A stretch of 56,958 bases of DNA, counting the filler, from Sphacelaria rigidula (lineage: Eukaryota), in the NCBI GenBank assembly GCA_964200075.2. It is 6 parts of 6 records of this genome, joined end to end, with 100 filler letters (N's around TTAATTAATTAA, not from the genome) between each part and the next. Parts side by side here need not be neighbours in the genome. Positions count along the whole stretch, not along the records: positions 1 to 9,411 come from CAXNAA020008567.1; positions 9,512 to 18,922 come from CAXNAA020008568.1; 4 more parts are not named here. The stretch is one strand, 5' to 3'. The notes beneath the pieces were generated by a model. It worked only from the letters and a program-made list of their open reading frames with translations. It did no database searches and had not been told where the DNA came from. The translations under genes and the position numbers were made by a program. Of this stretch, positions 1 to 12,914 are shown in pieces. Position 1 is the stretch's first letter. Every line of letters begins with the position of its first letter.

Positions 1-3000
1 GCTATGATTGTTCGGCCCGAAGCCTACTGATTATCTTGCATTTGGATGACAGCCAATAATGAGTTGCTTTATTCTGTGGTATCGTCACTTCCAGAGACAG
101 CCACGGCTTATACACTGCCTCATCGGTGTCAACCAGTAGGCGGGGGGGGGGGAGGGATCCGTGTTCAGGCGCCCTTGTTCCGAACCTTGAGCATCTCGAT
201 CAGTACGCCCGCCGCGTGCTACCGAACGTTGTGTAAATGGAAACATGGTATCTGTAAAATGTTTCGGATAGGAAACTCTTCAGAGTGTGTGGAAATTGCA
301 TCCCGACGGTGATATCGGGGTCGAGAAATGCATAGCCTTGGAGAGAAGGGGGGCAGGCTCCATCACAAGCCGTTTTGATGGCGTGCAGTTTGAAGAGACT
401 CTCACCTGGCACACACAGTACGTGAAACAGCCTCAACCCGTGTGTTACGGCGTAGTTGTTTGATGTAGCTCTTTCAAGAAGGTGCTCGTTTCGAAGAAAT
501 GGACCAAGCGCGGGTTTGCAAAGCTCTCCACGCGAGGAAGGAAGGGGAACTTCGGTGGGGGGAAGCCCTCAAGGGCTGATGACCCAGTCTTGCCATATTT
601 CATCATATTTCTTGACATTTACCCCGCCATTCCTTGCAGTTCACGCCACGTGAAAACGTCATCGTAAAGTTTGCTGTACCGTGCTTCGCCGTACGAACCT
701 CGAACGATACATCGTGACCCGTGTCCCGGCAGGTTTGCGTGTACGATGCACGGCGAACGGTGCCGCAAAATTGTTTGGCTATACACGATGAAGGCAGCTT
801 TTGCTCTTGCTTGCTTCGATAGTAGACCGGAACGTCGATATTGTACACACACGAACGTTTTCACCTGAAGTCTACCGCGCCCGCCCGAAACTCTTCTCCG
901 CGACCACCTCCTGCTGGCAGAAGGGACTACGCAACGGTACACGTGATATGATCATGACTTGACCGAACGGCCAGAAGGAGGGGACTCGGAAGGTCGCTTG
1001 CAGTACTTACTGCACTGCACAAGCCAGGCGCTTATTTTGCGCCCTATGCTCATAATTTGATTGTCCAAGGTACGCTGCAGAGCACGTCGCCGGGCGGACA
1101 GGCATGTGTTATACCGCAAAAAAATGTTCCGACCACGTGATCGATCCGTGGTGGGCACCGGTTATCCTTTTTTGTGCCGGCGGGGTACTGGTTGGTGGAC
1201 CGGCACCGTGTCCATATCGTGGCCGGTTGAATTCTCAGAACTCGCACAGCAGTAGGGGATATGTATTACACAGTCAAAAGCCTGTACGCCGCGTGCGATG
1301 CTACACTCGACAAAGGTGTTCCAAAGCCGAAGTGGCTGGGGAAACTGCCCTTTACGAGCTGGGCCAGCAGTAAATCGCGCATTCGCTTTCCACAGCACAA
1401 CTTCTCAAGTTTGCCAAATCAGCGGGACTTGAGCATATCGCCGTGAAGTGCAGACCAACCTGGTAACCCACGGCACCGCCGCTGAATAAAAAATATAACA
1501 GAAAAAAATGTCCTGCACAGTATACAACCTTCACCACGGACGAAAAAAAAAGAAGACCTTTCAGGGTTCGAACTCATGGCCTCCATAGTTGGGGCTTCCT
1601 GTATCACTTGAATGAACGGGCGCGGCCGTGTCACGCGAAAAGTGCGACGCAAAGCCCAATCTGAGGCATTTTTGGCCGAAACTTCACCAGGATGTCGTTG
1701 ACGCGAGTGCACGTATGTGTTAGGGCGTCCTACTCGTAGTCGTTTTCAGCATTTTCGTAAGGGATTTACACTATAGCGTTCTCCCTGTTTTTGCTGAAGC
1801 TTCAACTCGCTCTAACTTCCTGTCTTTTTTTTTTTTAGTTTCAAATATTTTCCCTCTGCACCATACGTGGGGTTGCGCGGGTTGATGATAAAAAATGTCG
1901 TGTCAAAATTTCAGCGCCTAACTCTTGGAATTACCAATGGCATCTCCACTCTCTTGATTGAAAAATCACCGTCACCTGGCCCAGCTCGTACTATCCAGTC
2001 GACGGTTACTTTGAGAGAGCAAGTGGGCGCCAGGCAAGTTGCTTTTAAAAATCATGAAGGTTCTCGGTCGTCGCTGCTGAAAACAGAACAGGGAATGGGC
2101 GTTGGGCGCGATGCTGCTGGCGCAGCAGCAGCGGTGTGGAAAAAAAAAGCAGGAGCAGCAGCAGCAGCAGCCGGGGGTCACCTGCATTGCCTGTTACGCT
2201 TCTCTCTCTCGCAGCCTTCAAATCCGCGAACCAGGAAATTGCGCCTGTGCCATCGGGTCCAACTACGTACCGTGGAAGTTTCCAAGTTTGCTCTGATGAC
2301 AAGCTCGACACGCTTATGGTCATAGCTGTGATGGTCAGCAGACAGAGGGACACCGGTTGGTTCTATTCATTCGAGTGTGTACTACGTTTGTTTGAACTAC
2401 AACGGTTCGGAAAAGCCCGGAACGCCCACGCTCTCATCGCGTTCGAAAAGCCACAGGATCGTTCCGCGAATATTCTTGACGGAGGAGGTGAAGCGAGACG
2501 CTGTACTGTACTCTCAGGGTCCCTCTCTCGTCATCCGCTCTCCCCTCGGAGCTAGTGCCAGGCGAGGCGGAAAGCACGGTGCTTCAGGTGCTGTGTGCAG
2601 CACTGAGACTGGTACAAGATTGTGGTGGTCACCCTCGATGGCACGTGCTAGTACTCTGAAGAGGGTATCGGCGACAAGGAGTGCAGACGGTACAGTACGT
2701 ACGCCCATGAAGCCCACGACTAGACCGATCCGAGGTGCTGTACACAGTAGCGCTAATTTTTAGGTATGCGGGGTAACTCAGAGTGACAGTTCAAATATTT
2801 TTGCACGAAGATCGCCAGCGTCCGCAATCGGCACCTGCCTAGAATTGAGGACCCCTTGAAAATCACGGGGGGGGAACTAAACATGGGGCGCGTCCTGTTT
2901 CACTGTACTGCGCCACGAGCACACCCACGCTCTCTCTCAGGTACTTTAGCTATCACTGTACTGTGGTGAGTTTGGACTCTGCGACAACGGTTCGGTCTGC

Positions 3001-4292
3001 GCTGGGACTGCCTGAGCTGCTTCAGAGGTTATGATGACAAATCTAGAAAGCTCTCTTGTCAGAACCTTCGAGGTGCTTCACTGTCCTTATGCTCGCCACG
3101 ATGGAAGTTATGTGTTGGTCGGCACGCTGTGCTGTCTACACACTGACTGCTGAAAACTTGATGGTATGTGCGTTGGCTGGTTCGTCTTCCGTATTACGAA
3201 AAGGCGCTGCCCGCACCCACCATTGCTTCGCAGTTGTCGCTGCGCTGCGCTGCGTTCGAGCCCTCGACGGACACGGCTTGATCTGCGCTGGACAGTGCCT
3301 GAACTGCTGTCCTGCTGTCGTGTTCCCGTCTGTGCAGAATTGGGCCGGGACCAAAGTGCTGTTTACGTCTAAACAGAGTTGGAAAAATCGCGCGATGGCT
3401 GCGGAGCTGTTCATCATGTCTTCTTCGATGCTTCAGTTGTAGTCGGGTGCTGTGTGATCGCGGAAGACGACACATGGCGGGTGCCTCCAGGTTGGGGCAA
3501 ACAAATTGAGCCAGCAGGGTGTAGGAGAGTCATCCGCGGTATCCCACACGGGCCGCGACCGTGCCAAAATGACAATCTCGACGACGATAAGAGCATATTT
3601 CCAGTAGGATCGACAGTAAGTGAGTGCATAAATGAGAAGGCACAACACATGTGCCCTCTCCAGTGCGTACACTACTAGTGTGGGGACTACAGTAGTAGGA
3701 GCTCTGCCCTTCTTATTTTCGTTTCCATTTGTTGGAGGTTCATGAAACTGCTGCGGCAGCAGGCGACACATGACGACGCCGCGCGTGCTGGCACCGATGT
3801 CACTGACCTCTCCTGCGGTCCGGAGCAACCAGCGTGCAGCGATGCACTAGGGGTGAGGTTGCGAGACTTCCTTTGAGTACGAGCCCTCTGGACGGGCAGA
3901 CTTCCGATAGACCAGAGGCGAGAGACGAGTGGACACCCAAGAGAGAACATGTGAGACAGAGAGCACGCGAGAAAATTGAGTACTGTACTGTATCCGTCTG
4001 GAACAACTCTACGAGCACAGTACCTCAGTGTTCCGCCTGATTTAGTGTCACGTTGTTTATCATCCCTGAAGAAGGACATCAAGGTGGAGCTGGCAGACTC
4101 GATAAACCATGAAACCACAATCATGTTAGCCTTCACCTCCATATCCACAGATATCTTTTCCAGCAACTCCGGCGCAACTCTGAACACCGCAGCGCACAGA
4201 GTGATGCTCGATATTTCCCAGCACTTCACAGCGGATCCTGAAAGATGAGGTTCATCTCAAAAATAGGGTTGAAGTGACTTTTTTTTCCTGGG

Positions 4293-4650
4293 CAATATAC
4301 AAAGAAGGGTAACGCATTTTGCGCTTCGGGGCGCGACCCTGCACGCGGGCCAAACACCTCGAAAACACGTTCCACCGCCTCAGCCCCACGCCCAAGGTGT
4401 CTGGGCAGCATACCCGTCCATTTTTTTTTTCATTTTCACAAGTGTCACTAGGCTGAACTACGGCGCCGGAAATGAGAGCCTGTGAGAGTACCCTTTTTTT
4501 GTAAGCAAAACAGGAGGGTACACCCTGCTCTCTGCTAAAAAGTTATATTTTACCCTTTTTTGTTCTACTGCTGACCCTTTTATGTGACGTGGTGACCGTA
4601 CCGCCGTCTCAGCACAAGATACGCCGAGCAGTCACATCCACAGTCGTTTC
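4293..4650 (+). repeat. Single arm of the long-TIR family found at 29386-30870
   Basis: Colinear similarity to 29386-29936 (e.g. cacgcccaaggtgtctgggcagcat, gaaatgagagcctgtgagagtacccttttt). Confidence 0.8.
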
Positions 4651-4660
4651 CGGTAAAATT

Positions 4661-6000
4661 CACACCCTGGACAATACAAAATATTCTCAATATATATTAG
4701 TCGATCATATTGGAATTTCACGATATATTGCCAGCGTAATATATAGTGGTACCCTTGGACTACTCACGTATTGCGCGCCCAATATATATATTGATGTCGT
4801 GGGACTGCACACATATTGCCCGCCCAATATATATTGGTACTGTGGGGTCGAACACATATTGAATTGTCCCATCAGTATATATTGGGGCAGCGTGGGCGAC
4901 AGCATATTGCACGACCAATATATATTAGGCTCGCATTGATGAGATCATATTGACCGGTCAATATATACTGGGTCTGCGTGGGTGTCAATGTATTGGCCGG
5001 TCAATATATGTTGGATAATATAAGTATGGTGTACGCTTTAAGAAAGATCCAAACACGATGGATGCCGGAGCCCGTGCAGATTGGGAAAGCTCCAAGGGGA
5101 GCCGCAGAAGTTCGCGTGCATTACTACGGAGAGTTGTCGAATGCGTTTGACATACATATATATATATATATACTGGTTAGAACATATGGTGACAGAAGAG
5201 GCGACCCGGTATATATGCCTCTTGATACCCATCTGGCCACCGTTGCGGGGCCGCCCATCCCCTTCCCAGTATGTAATTAACATATCTTGGCCAAACATCA
5301 CGATGGCAGGAAACGCGGGTCGGTATGCGCCTTTTGGTACCCTGTGGTCACCGGGGCTATGTTGCTTATACCCTGGACAATAGAATATGTTCCACTATGA
5401 TACCAATACTTTGCATTGGAGCCAGGTGGAATATTGTCCTGTCAATATATATTGTGTTGAGATGTCCTCGGAGACATTGAAGCAACAACATATATCGCTC
5501 GTGTCATGATCATGAAGTGATATATGACAATATATAGTGGACATGTATTTGCTCCGAGAACAAAATATTCAATATATATTGTGCATGCCGGCCGTGTATG
5601 TATTGAAGTGTCAATATATATTGAGTCGAAGCGATGCGTCGCATATTGTTACCATAATATATATTGAACGCAAACCATGCAGAGGTATTGTTTTTGCAAT
5701 ATATATTGCGCACGCTCATCGGATAGCTATTGTGCAGCCAATATATATTGAACACGCTTGCGGAGGAATACATTGAGCGTTTTCGGCATGTAAAATACAT
5801 CTTTGCATGGCGCCCGCGAACAAAGAACTGTCCACCATACTATTTCCAATACACTTTCCAATCTACATGTTGAAAATCAATACATTTTGCTACACCAACA
5901 TGTATTGTGACAGTCGGTTCCCTCGTGTATTGTCCGCCCAGTATATATTGGACGCATTGACGCACGACATATTGGGGCGGCAATATATATTGACGGCTTC
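4661..6000 (+). mobile_element. AT-rich CACACCCTGGACAA-terminus element with many CAATATATATTG motifs
   Basis: Begins cacaccctggacaatac. 4661-5160 is closely repeated at 8776-9295, and 5460-5800 is repeated inverted at about 45130-45465. Confidence 0.75.
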
Positions 6001-7730
6001 CCTGTCCCCCAGCCAGGTATTGATGAACGAGGAAATCCTTGTTACAGGCGCATACAACACAAATGGTGGCCCGGATAGTTTATTTCCGTCAAAATCCGTG
6101 TTTTCCAGCCTGCAAAGCGTTTCATGTGCATTGTTTTCTAATACGAACAGTAAATTTTCGATTTCTATTCCGTTCTTTAAGGGCTGCCTGATGCCAATCC
6201 CAGAAAAGTTTGATATTGTTGTTCGATGGTTTCTTCGGATGTTTAACTGGACCCGAAACGGCCACCTTCCCTCAGGTTTTGAGAGTCGTTTCAATTGTGT
6301 GGATGCAGTTCATAAAAATCAACCCCTCTAGCTTTCACAGGTGAGGCGACTTCGGTGCACGTTGTTACCGTGTGAGCAGACGGCAGTGCGTGCGGTAGAG
6401 CAACGAAAGGTAGCTATGATCCGGTTTGCCTGCCGTACTGCCGACAGCGTCGCGTGAAAGCCACAAGACCCTTGCTGTCGGCGGTTGATGGCGTGGGTCT
6501 CGAATGCAACGACATGCGGTTGATCGTAGAGCGCTCTCGTCTCTCCTCCCAACTTGTAATCATGCATGACCTTCCGACATCGGAATGATGATCAATTATG
6601 GGGAGCTACTCGTACTGTTGTACCTATTATTTAGGTGTTTACGCGGCCAGCGTGTGCTGCAGATTGCGGCATGGGCGGACTCCTATGCGCCACGCTAACA
6701 ACAGTTAGGTCACCGCCGTAGGTATCTTTTTTCACTCCGCATGTCAAGAAGGGATCTACAAGTGCTTGATCTCTCATACACCCCCCTCAACTGGCGTGTG
6801 GCACGCTCTTCTGCTCGGGCACCCGGTTAGGAGGAGGTCGGGGAAAATCAACCATGAATGATACCCCCTAAGTTCAAATTGGATATATCTGCTATTGCCG
6901 CAGCACCGTCCTTGCTGGCATGTGTGTGACAGAGAACGGTAGAAGCGGTGACGGGAACACTGCCCTGTTTTTCAACGACATGTTTTTCAGCGCACAGACG
7001 CGCGTCTTGTCCAAAACGAGAGGCAGGGAGAAATCGATCTTCGCATCAAGCAAGCAAGAAGAAGAGACGAAATCTCTCCGCAGCTCGGCGTTCTGGCACG
7101 ACATGGAAAATTGGGTACATGCTGGTAACATCGATAATCCCAGTGTCTCGAGCGATATTGGTAGTCGCCGAGCGGGGACGCGCAAAGGACACAGGCGAGG
7201 AGCTTCCTCTCTGTCGTTGCTTCTCTCTCTGGTGATATCGCCATCGACACGCGTGTACACCGCATTCGTTGGGTGCACCTAGCCAGAACTGCTTAACTCC
7301 TGCTGCGGAGTTTTGGGGGGAACGATAATTTCGCTCTGTGTTACTGTTTCGTATTTTCCCTACGAGAAAGAAATACCACTTCAACGCCATTTTTGAGATG
7401 AACCTCATTTTTCATGATCCGCTCCTACTTCACACTTCACACGACAGGTACATCCTGTGTGTAAGATACTAACGCGCTTTCCATTTTCCATACTCGACCC
7501 CAAGTCGCGTTTACACAAAGCTCAAGCCGTGTTGCGCAATATATGTCGTGTGTGAACGAGCCGGTCCAGCCTAGACCCCGAACTTGTAGTTTGTAGGCCC
7601 CACCCCCACATCAATTCCGAGAGTTGGGCTCTCATATTTGATACGCACGGAGATTCAAGGGGACATGCCGAGGGCATGGCGAAAAAAAAGGCTTCCGGGA
7701 CCCCGAGTTCTTTCTTTTTTCGTGAGTTAA

Positions 7731-7830
7731 GCCTTAGACCGCGGTGCGGTTAGTCCGTCTGGATAACGCATACTTTTTCAAGTGAAATTGATGTCGATTC
7801 AGCAGGTGATCTATCCTCGCGGTTGAAGGG
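7731..7830. mobile_element. 100-bp piggyBac-like MITE
   Basis: TTAA on both sides (7727-7730, 7831-7834); TIR (g/c)CCTTAGACCGCG ... CGCGGTTGAAGGG; second copy at 51567-51663. Confidence 0.75.
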
Positions 7831-7959
7831 TTAAGGCAATCATCAGTATCCAGTCTTGAGCAAAATGCCGTAAACTTGAAAAAACGCTCAGGCTCCCGAA
7901 AGAGTTTTCTTCATTATGCCCTACGATCGTACTCATTTTCCGTTCCAAAGTTGAAAGGT

Positions 7960-8770
7960 CAACTCTAAAACTTGAGGTGAGGCGGGGCGATTTAGAAACC
8001 GGGCCGATCGAACTCGGAACAGTAGTTTGGGGGCACGCACACTTACCGGCTCAGGCTTGGTGCTTTATTGTGTTTTGATATTTTATGTGGGACCTCGCTA
8101 GGGCATAATGGCCCAAAAAATGGGACAAATCGATTTTTTTCCCCCCATGACTTGAAACGTTTCAGTGTACATACTCGTAGTAAAGAGCATTTTTTCACGA
8201 ACACCCCCTTCGCTCTCCCAGGAAAAAAATAAATAAAGGTCCACTTTACTTTTTCGAGCATGTTTCGCAATTTTCCGTGCATGCTGAGTTTCACATCGAA
8301 AATCTAAGAATTGGGGTTGAAAACTGAGTTTAAAGTCCGAGAACAAAGTTCACTTTCCCTTGAAACTCCCCTAAATAAACGGAAAAAATGAAGAACGAGA
8401 TGGAAAACTGAGTCATTTTTTGTTTCATTATGCACAAGCGTTTCTCCATACAAGAATTCAAAGTAAGACTCTTGAAACCTGAGACGCGCAGTACAGGTTT
8501 TAGTGCAGTTAGTAGTGCCTCTGCTCGTAATACATGCAAATATATGTTGATATTCGGACGGCATCTCACGTGCGCCATACTTCGGGATAGATGACGAGTT
8601 AGGTGGAGGGGAAGATCTCGATCGTTTCCTCGTTCCCCAGGGGATGTCCACACCAGAAGCCGTTATCCGCGGTTGTTTATATCGCTCAGGGTTTCATACA
8701 GGCTTGAGTGTGGACGGTATCTCCAGATGGTATAGGAACTACTAGACACGGCGTTCGATCAACGAGAAAG
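7960..8770 (+). repeat. Interspersed repeat, copy 1 (copy 2 at about 16255-17035)
   Basis: Diverged colinear similarity across contigs (ctagggcataat; aaaaaatgaagaa; tgcgccata; atgtccacacca). Confidence 0.7.
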
Positions 8771-8775
8771 AGTTC

Positions 8776-9295
8776 ACACCCTGGACAATACAACATGTTT
8801 TCAATATATATACATTAGTCGATCATATTGGAATTTCACGATATATTGCCGGCGTAATATATAGTGGTACCCTTGGACTACTCACGTATTGCGCGCCCAA
8901 TATATATATATATATATATTGATGTCGTGGGACTGCATACATCTTGCTCGCCCAAGATATATTGGTACTGTGGAGTTGAACACATGTTGTCCCATCATTC
9001 ATGTCGAGGCAGTGTGGGCGACAGCATATTGTACGACCAATATATATTAGGGTCGCATTGGTAAGAACATATTGACCGGTCAATATACGTTGGGTCTACG
9101 TGGGTGTCCATGTATTGGCCGGTCAATATATATATATATATATATTGGATAACATAAGTAAGGTGCACGCTTTGAGAAAGATCGAGACGCGATGGATGCC
9201 GGAGCCCGTGCAGATTGGGAAAAACTTCAAGGGGAGCCGCAGAACTTCGCGTGCATTACTTCGAAGAGTTGTCGAATGCGTTTGACATATATATA
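8776..9295 (+). mobile_element. Second copy of the CACACCCTGGACAA AT-rich element (truncated)
   Basis: Closely similar to 4661-5160. Confidence 0.8.
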
Positions 9296-9411
9296 TACAA
9301 GGGGTTCGGCGGCTTCCGCCGCCACGCTCAATGAGATCGATGGCCAACGTACATGAGGACCGGTCATCGTTGCTTGACTTAGGTGACAGAACAGATCATA
9401 GCTTCGAGTGC

Positions 9412-9511
9412 NNNNNNNNNNNNNNNNNNNNNNNNNNNNNNNNNNNNNNNNNNNNTTAATTAATTAANNNNNNNNNNNNNNNNNNNNNNNNNNNNNNNNN
9501 NNNNNNNNNNN
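9412..9511. other. Artificial assembly spacer N44-TTAATTAATTAA-N44 (identical spacers at 18923-19022, 28433-28532, 37942-38041, 47451-47550)
   Basis: Five identical 100-nt spacers with a six-frame stop linker, separating contigs of 9411/9411/9410/9409/9409/9408 bp. Confidence 0.97.
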
Positions 9512-9868
9512 GGGTGTGATAGTCATTACGCCCTCCGCGAGAACAAAACGAAAGGCGCGTACCGGGGGAGAGATGAGTTGATCCCTTGAGACCACGGACT
9601 CATCCCGAGGAAGGGGAGGGGTTCAAAGTGTAAGGGAATATAATATATATATATATATATATGGGGGGGAAACGCTGAACCGTGTGACTCCAACCGGAAA
9701 CTCCTTATGCCTTGAAAATGAGGTGTTTGCAACACAGGCGCCTGAAAGCATCGACGAGGTCTTCGGTTTACAAGAGCAAATCATGCAAGGGCAGGTCGGG
9801 TATTTTGAAAAGCCACACCGTTAGTACCCAAAATTTGAGTAACTCATTTGAGATCGTTCTCAATTTAG

Positions 9869-10161
9869 CCCGTCGCCCCGGTGGCTCAGTTGGCAACCTC
9901 TGAACCGTCCGACGGTAGGATCGTGGGTTCAAATCTCGGAGCGATCTGGGAGTTTTTCTCACAGAGTTCGACTCAACGGGCGATGATGGAAAGGGACTGC
10001 GGAACCCCTCTCGCGAAAACGTAGAGGCAAGCACCGCAAAAGGAAGGCGGAGAACTAAACAAGTAAAAGAGGAAGAACTCTTGCGTTCGCCTTCCTCCTG
10101 TGATAAACACCGAAACGAATAGACCGACGTCCAGAATAGTTGGGATGACACCACACACACA
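9869..10161 (+). mobile_element. tRNA-derived SINE
   Basis: Pol III A box TGGCTCAGTTGG and B box GGTTCAAATC at tRNA-like spacing, no intact cloverleaf, (CA)n 3' tail; approximate duplication ctcaattta / ctcaatcta at the flanks. Confidence 0.7.
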
Positions 10162-11563
10162 CTCAATCTACCCAAAATTTGAGTAAAGTGTTTGAGGTCA
10201 TATACAAGTGATACTCTATACTCAAGTATTACTGAGAATACTCACCCAAAAATTGAGTGGAGTACTTTAGGTCGTGCTTAATTTACCCGATATTTGGGTA
10301 GAGTATCTGAGGCCGGACCCATTGTACCAAAACCTTGGATATCACTTTAGTAGTCAAGTTTGTACGCAAGATACCAAAGTGGGGTAGAGTAAATACCCAG
10401 GTATTCGTAGAGTTGTCCACCCATGACCAGTGCTGATTCCTGATCAAACTCCAGCAAACATTCGGATACGGTATTTTCGTGAAAGCATCTGGATCGTAAG
10501 GGGTAGAATAAATATTGGGGTATTATCGAAAGGCTTTCGGATTGTACCGTGTCTACTGGCAGGAGGTACTGGAAAGCGTGAAAATCATATCGAAGTATCG
10601 TGTATAGTCCATACCGGGGCATGGTCCCCGGGTACCCGGACGTCTCACTGTGTGTGTGACGCGTTTCACCCGCCTAGAAGTAGGCAAAAGGGTAAACAGC
10701 TAATAACGAAAGGGTCATGAGGCACATGATGAGTGCGCCACAGAACAAAATTCATAATTCGCTGTCTGTCGAGCACAAAAATAAAAGCACGGAATCCGAA
10801 TGATCGGTGCAAGTGCAAATACACTTCTGATTTGACCCAGACGCAGACTCGTATTTTCCCCCACGATTCCACCTCGCTCCGTTGTGGGGAAAAACGTTCC
10901 ACGGTGATTCATCGCATCTCTACACAGCTCGGCTGATGTCTCGCCCCTCACCCTCAAGTCGTGCCACCACCGTTCCATCTCCTAACGATACAAGACAGTA
11001 CAACAGTCACAATCGTTTTGGCATCGCCGTCAACTCCTACTGAAAACTCAATGAACACAGAAGTTCACCGTTCCCCGTTCCCCCCGACACCATCCTAGTC
11101 TAGAGTCATGCCACCCGGAGGCAACGCTGTGTTGAGCAATCGAAGACCGCGTCTTGCACTGTTTCCACCGCTGGGTCTCCCATGGAGAAGTCAGATGTTC
11201 GGCCTGTGTGGTCGCTCATTTTGACAATACCCAGCCGACTACCCGTCTACTAGATTAACCAATGATGAGTGGCGCTTTGTACTGAACGTGATATCGAAGA
11301 TGTTGCGAGGTATGACGCGTGTACTGCCGTGGGTTGGGACAGGTGAGCTGGGGCAGGTCGTGACGTAACCTCACGTGTCGTAACGTCACTCATGTCATCG
11401 ATGGCCATCGTTCGACCATATGTATTCAACATAGTCTGTGAAGTAACGCCACGAAGTCGCCGAGGGTCGCTGTTACTCATCATACCAAGTGATACTCTAT
11501 ACCTGAGTATTACTGAGAGTGCTCACCCAATATTTGAGTAGAGTATTTAAGGTCACACTCAGT

Positions 11564-11734
11564 CACACCCTGGACAAAATATGGCCAATAGATGCAATAG
11601 ACGAGAAGTATACTGCATAAAGTGTAGGCCTATTGCAACTATTGCTGGCCCGACAATAGTTGCAATAGGCCTACACTTTATGCAGTACGTTTCTTGTCCA
11701 TTGCAACTATTGACCATGTATTGTCCAAGGTGTG
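11564..11734. mobile_element. MITE of the CACACCCTGGACAA family
   Basis: Almost fully palindromic; ends CACACCCTGGACAA / TTGTCCAAGGTGTG; degenerate 8-bp TSD (cactcagt / tacttaat) inside the host tandem repeat. Confidence 0.8.
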
Positions 11735-12161
11735 TACTTAATCTACCCGAAGTTTGAGTAGAGTATTGAGGTCATACCCAAGTGATAGTCTACACTGAAG
11801 TATTATTGAGAGTACTCACCCAATCTTTGAGTAGAGTATTTGAGGCCGTACTCAATCTACTGAAAATTTGAGTGGAATACTGAGCCCATACCCAATCTAC
11901 CCTAAAAATGAGTAGAGTATATACTCGGGTATTTGACCCGAGTAGTCAAAAGTACATTATCTTCTCGACCTGCCCTTGAAATCATTAACTTTTTATGGGA
12001 GAAAAACAACAGTAGAAACAAACATCTACGATCTTATGTCTCTGTAGCAAATTCCCATGGTAGTGTGATGTGCCACGGCGCGACTCGCGGTGAGCTCCGA
12101 AAACGTGCTGCAGGAAGTGGAGAATTAGTGTAATGATGGAGAGGTAGCCACGAAAATGGAG

Positions 12162-12299
12162 CATACGCTGGACAATGGAATACACTGTCAAAAAGTGTAC
12201 CGTGTACAGTGTTGACTATTGCGCCTGTTGCAGCAGGCAATAGATTACATACTGTAAGCAGTATATTTTTTGACGATAGAATCTGTTGTCCAGGGTGTA
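12162..12299. mobile_element. MITE of the CACACCCTGGACAA family
   Basis: Ends CATACGCTGGACAA / TTGTCCAGGGTGTA; perfect 8-bp TSD aaatggag. Confidence 0.8.
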
Positions 12300-12845
12300 A
12301 AATGGAGGGAAAGAGAGAGGGAGTGATGGCGGGGTAGTTGTGGCCAACAGAGAGAGACGGGCTGACGGTCCAGAGGCAGAAAGAGCGCAGCTGACGGCGG
12401 AAGGGATGACCGGGACGTTGGAAGAAGTACTGAGCGGTGGTTGATCGCAGAGAAGCTTCCTGGGAGAAATACGCGGTTGTGCGTAACGGTCGGGAAGTTA
12501 TAGAATAATGTTTATTCGATGTATATATATAGCATACATATTTGTTCATCGCTGGAATATTAATTGTATGAATTGCCTTTTCAACCATTTTATGAAGACC
12601 GATTCACCTCGCGAGCAAGGTGGATAGATGTTGCATTGTATACAGGGCCACCAGCGGTAGAGATGGACATATTTTGGGTCACGAGGTGTTATTTTCCTTC
12701 ATCTGCCGTTAAAATTGTTCGTGTGTTGGACATTTTGGTCTTTGATCACGAACTAATTCTTTGTTACCCCTTCGCGTCTTTTTTCGTTGATTGCTGTGAT
12801 TGTGTATCTGCTTGTCTGAACTACGCACCGTCCTCCTTTTGTCAG

Positions 12846-12914
12846 TGCAAATACAACCTGGAGACCATGTCGGGAGAGTCGACCGCGACCAAGGCAGCGC
12901 CGGAGTATGTCAAG
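12846..12914 (+). CDS. Internal exon of a class I SAM-dependent methyltransferase (COG4976-like, usually TPR-associated)
   Basis: tttgtcag| ... aag|gtactt; encodes CKYNLETMSGESTATKAAPEYVK and joins in phase 0 to the next exon, giving APEYVKALFDYYA. Confidence 0.75.

Larger units (their letters stand above)
4230..7422. mobile_element. Non-autonomous TIR DNA transposon (MULE-like), containing nested repeats
   Basis: About 47-bp TIRs: AGCGGATCCTGAAAGATGAGGTTCATCTCAAAAATAGGGTTGAAGTG at 4230 and reverse complement AGCGGATCATGAAAAATGAGGTTCATCTCAAAAATGGCGTTGAAGTG ending 7422. Flanks agcacttcac / cctacttcac look like a degenerate ~10-bp TSD. No transposase seen. Confidence 0.7.
9786..11978. mobile_element. 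Non-autonomous TIR element (P/hAT-like, 8-bp TSD) with subterminal tandem repeats and nested insertions
   Basis: 13-bp TIR CAAGGGCAGGTCG / CGACCTGCCCTTG; TSD aaatcatg / aaatcatt; repeated tacccaaaatttgagta-type units at about 9825, 10165-10300 and 11485-11930. Confidence 0.75.

Noticed and set aside
647-867. Possible MITE with CA(C/G)GTGAAAACGT inverted ends
   Set aside because: Only a 13-bp imperfect TIR, with no TSD and no second copy in the window.
9874-9945. Functional tRNA gene
   Set aside because: A and B boxes are present but there is no convincing cloverleaf; it continues into a SINE body with a (CA)n tail.
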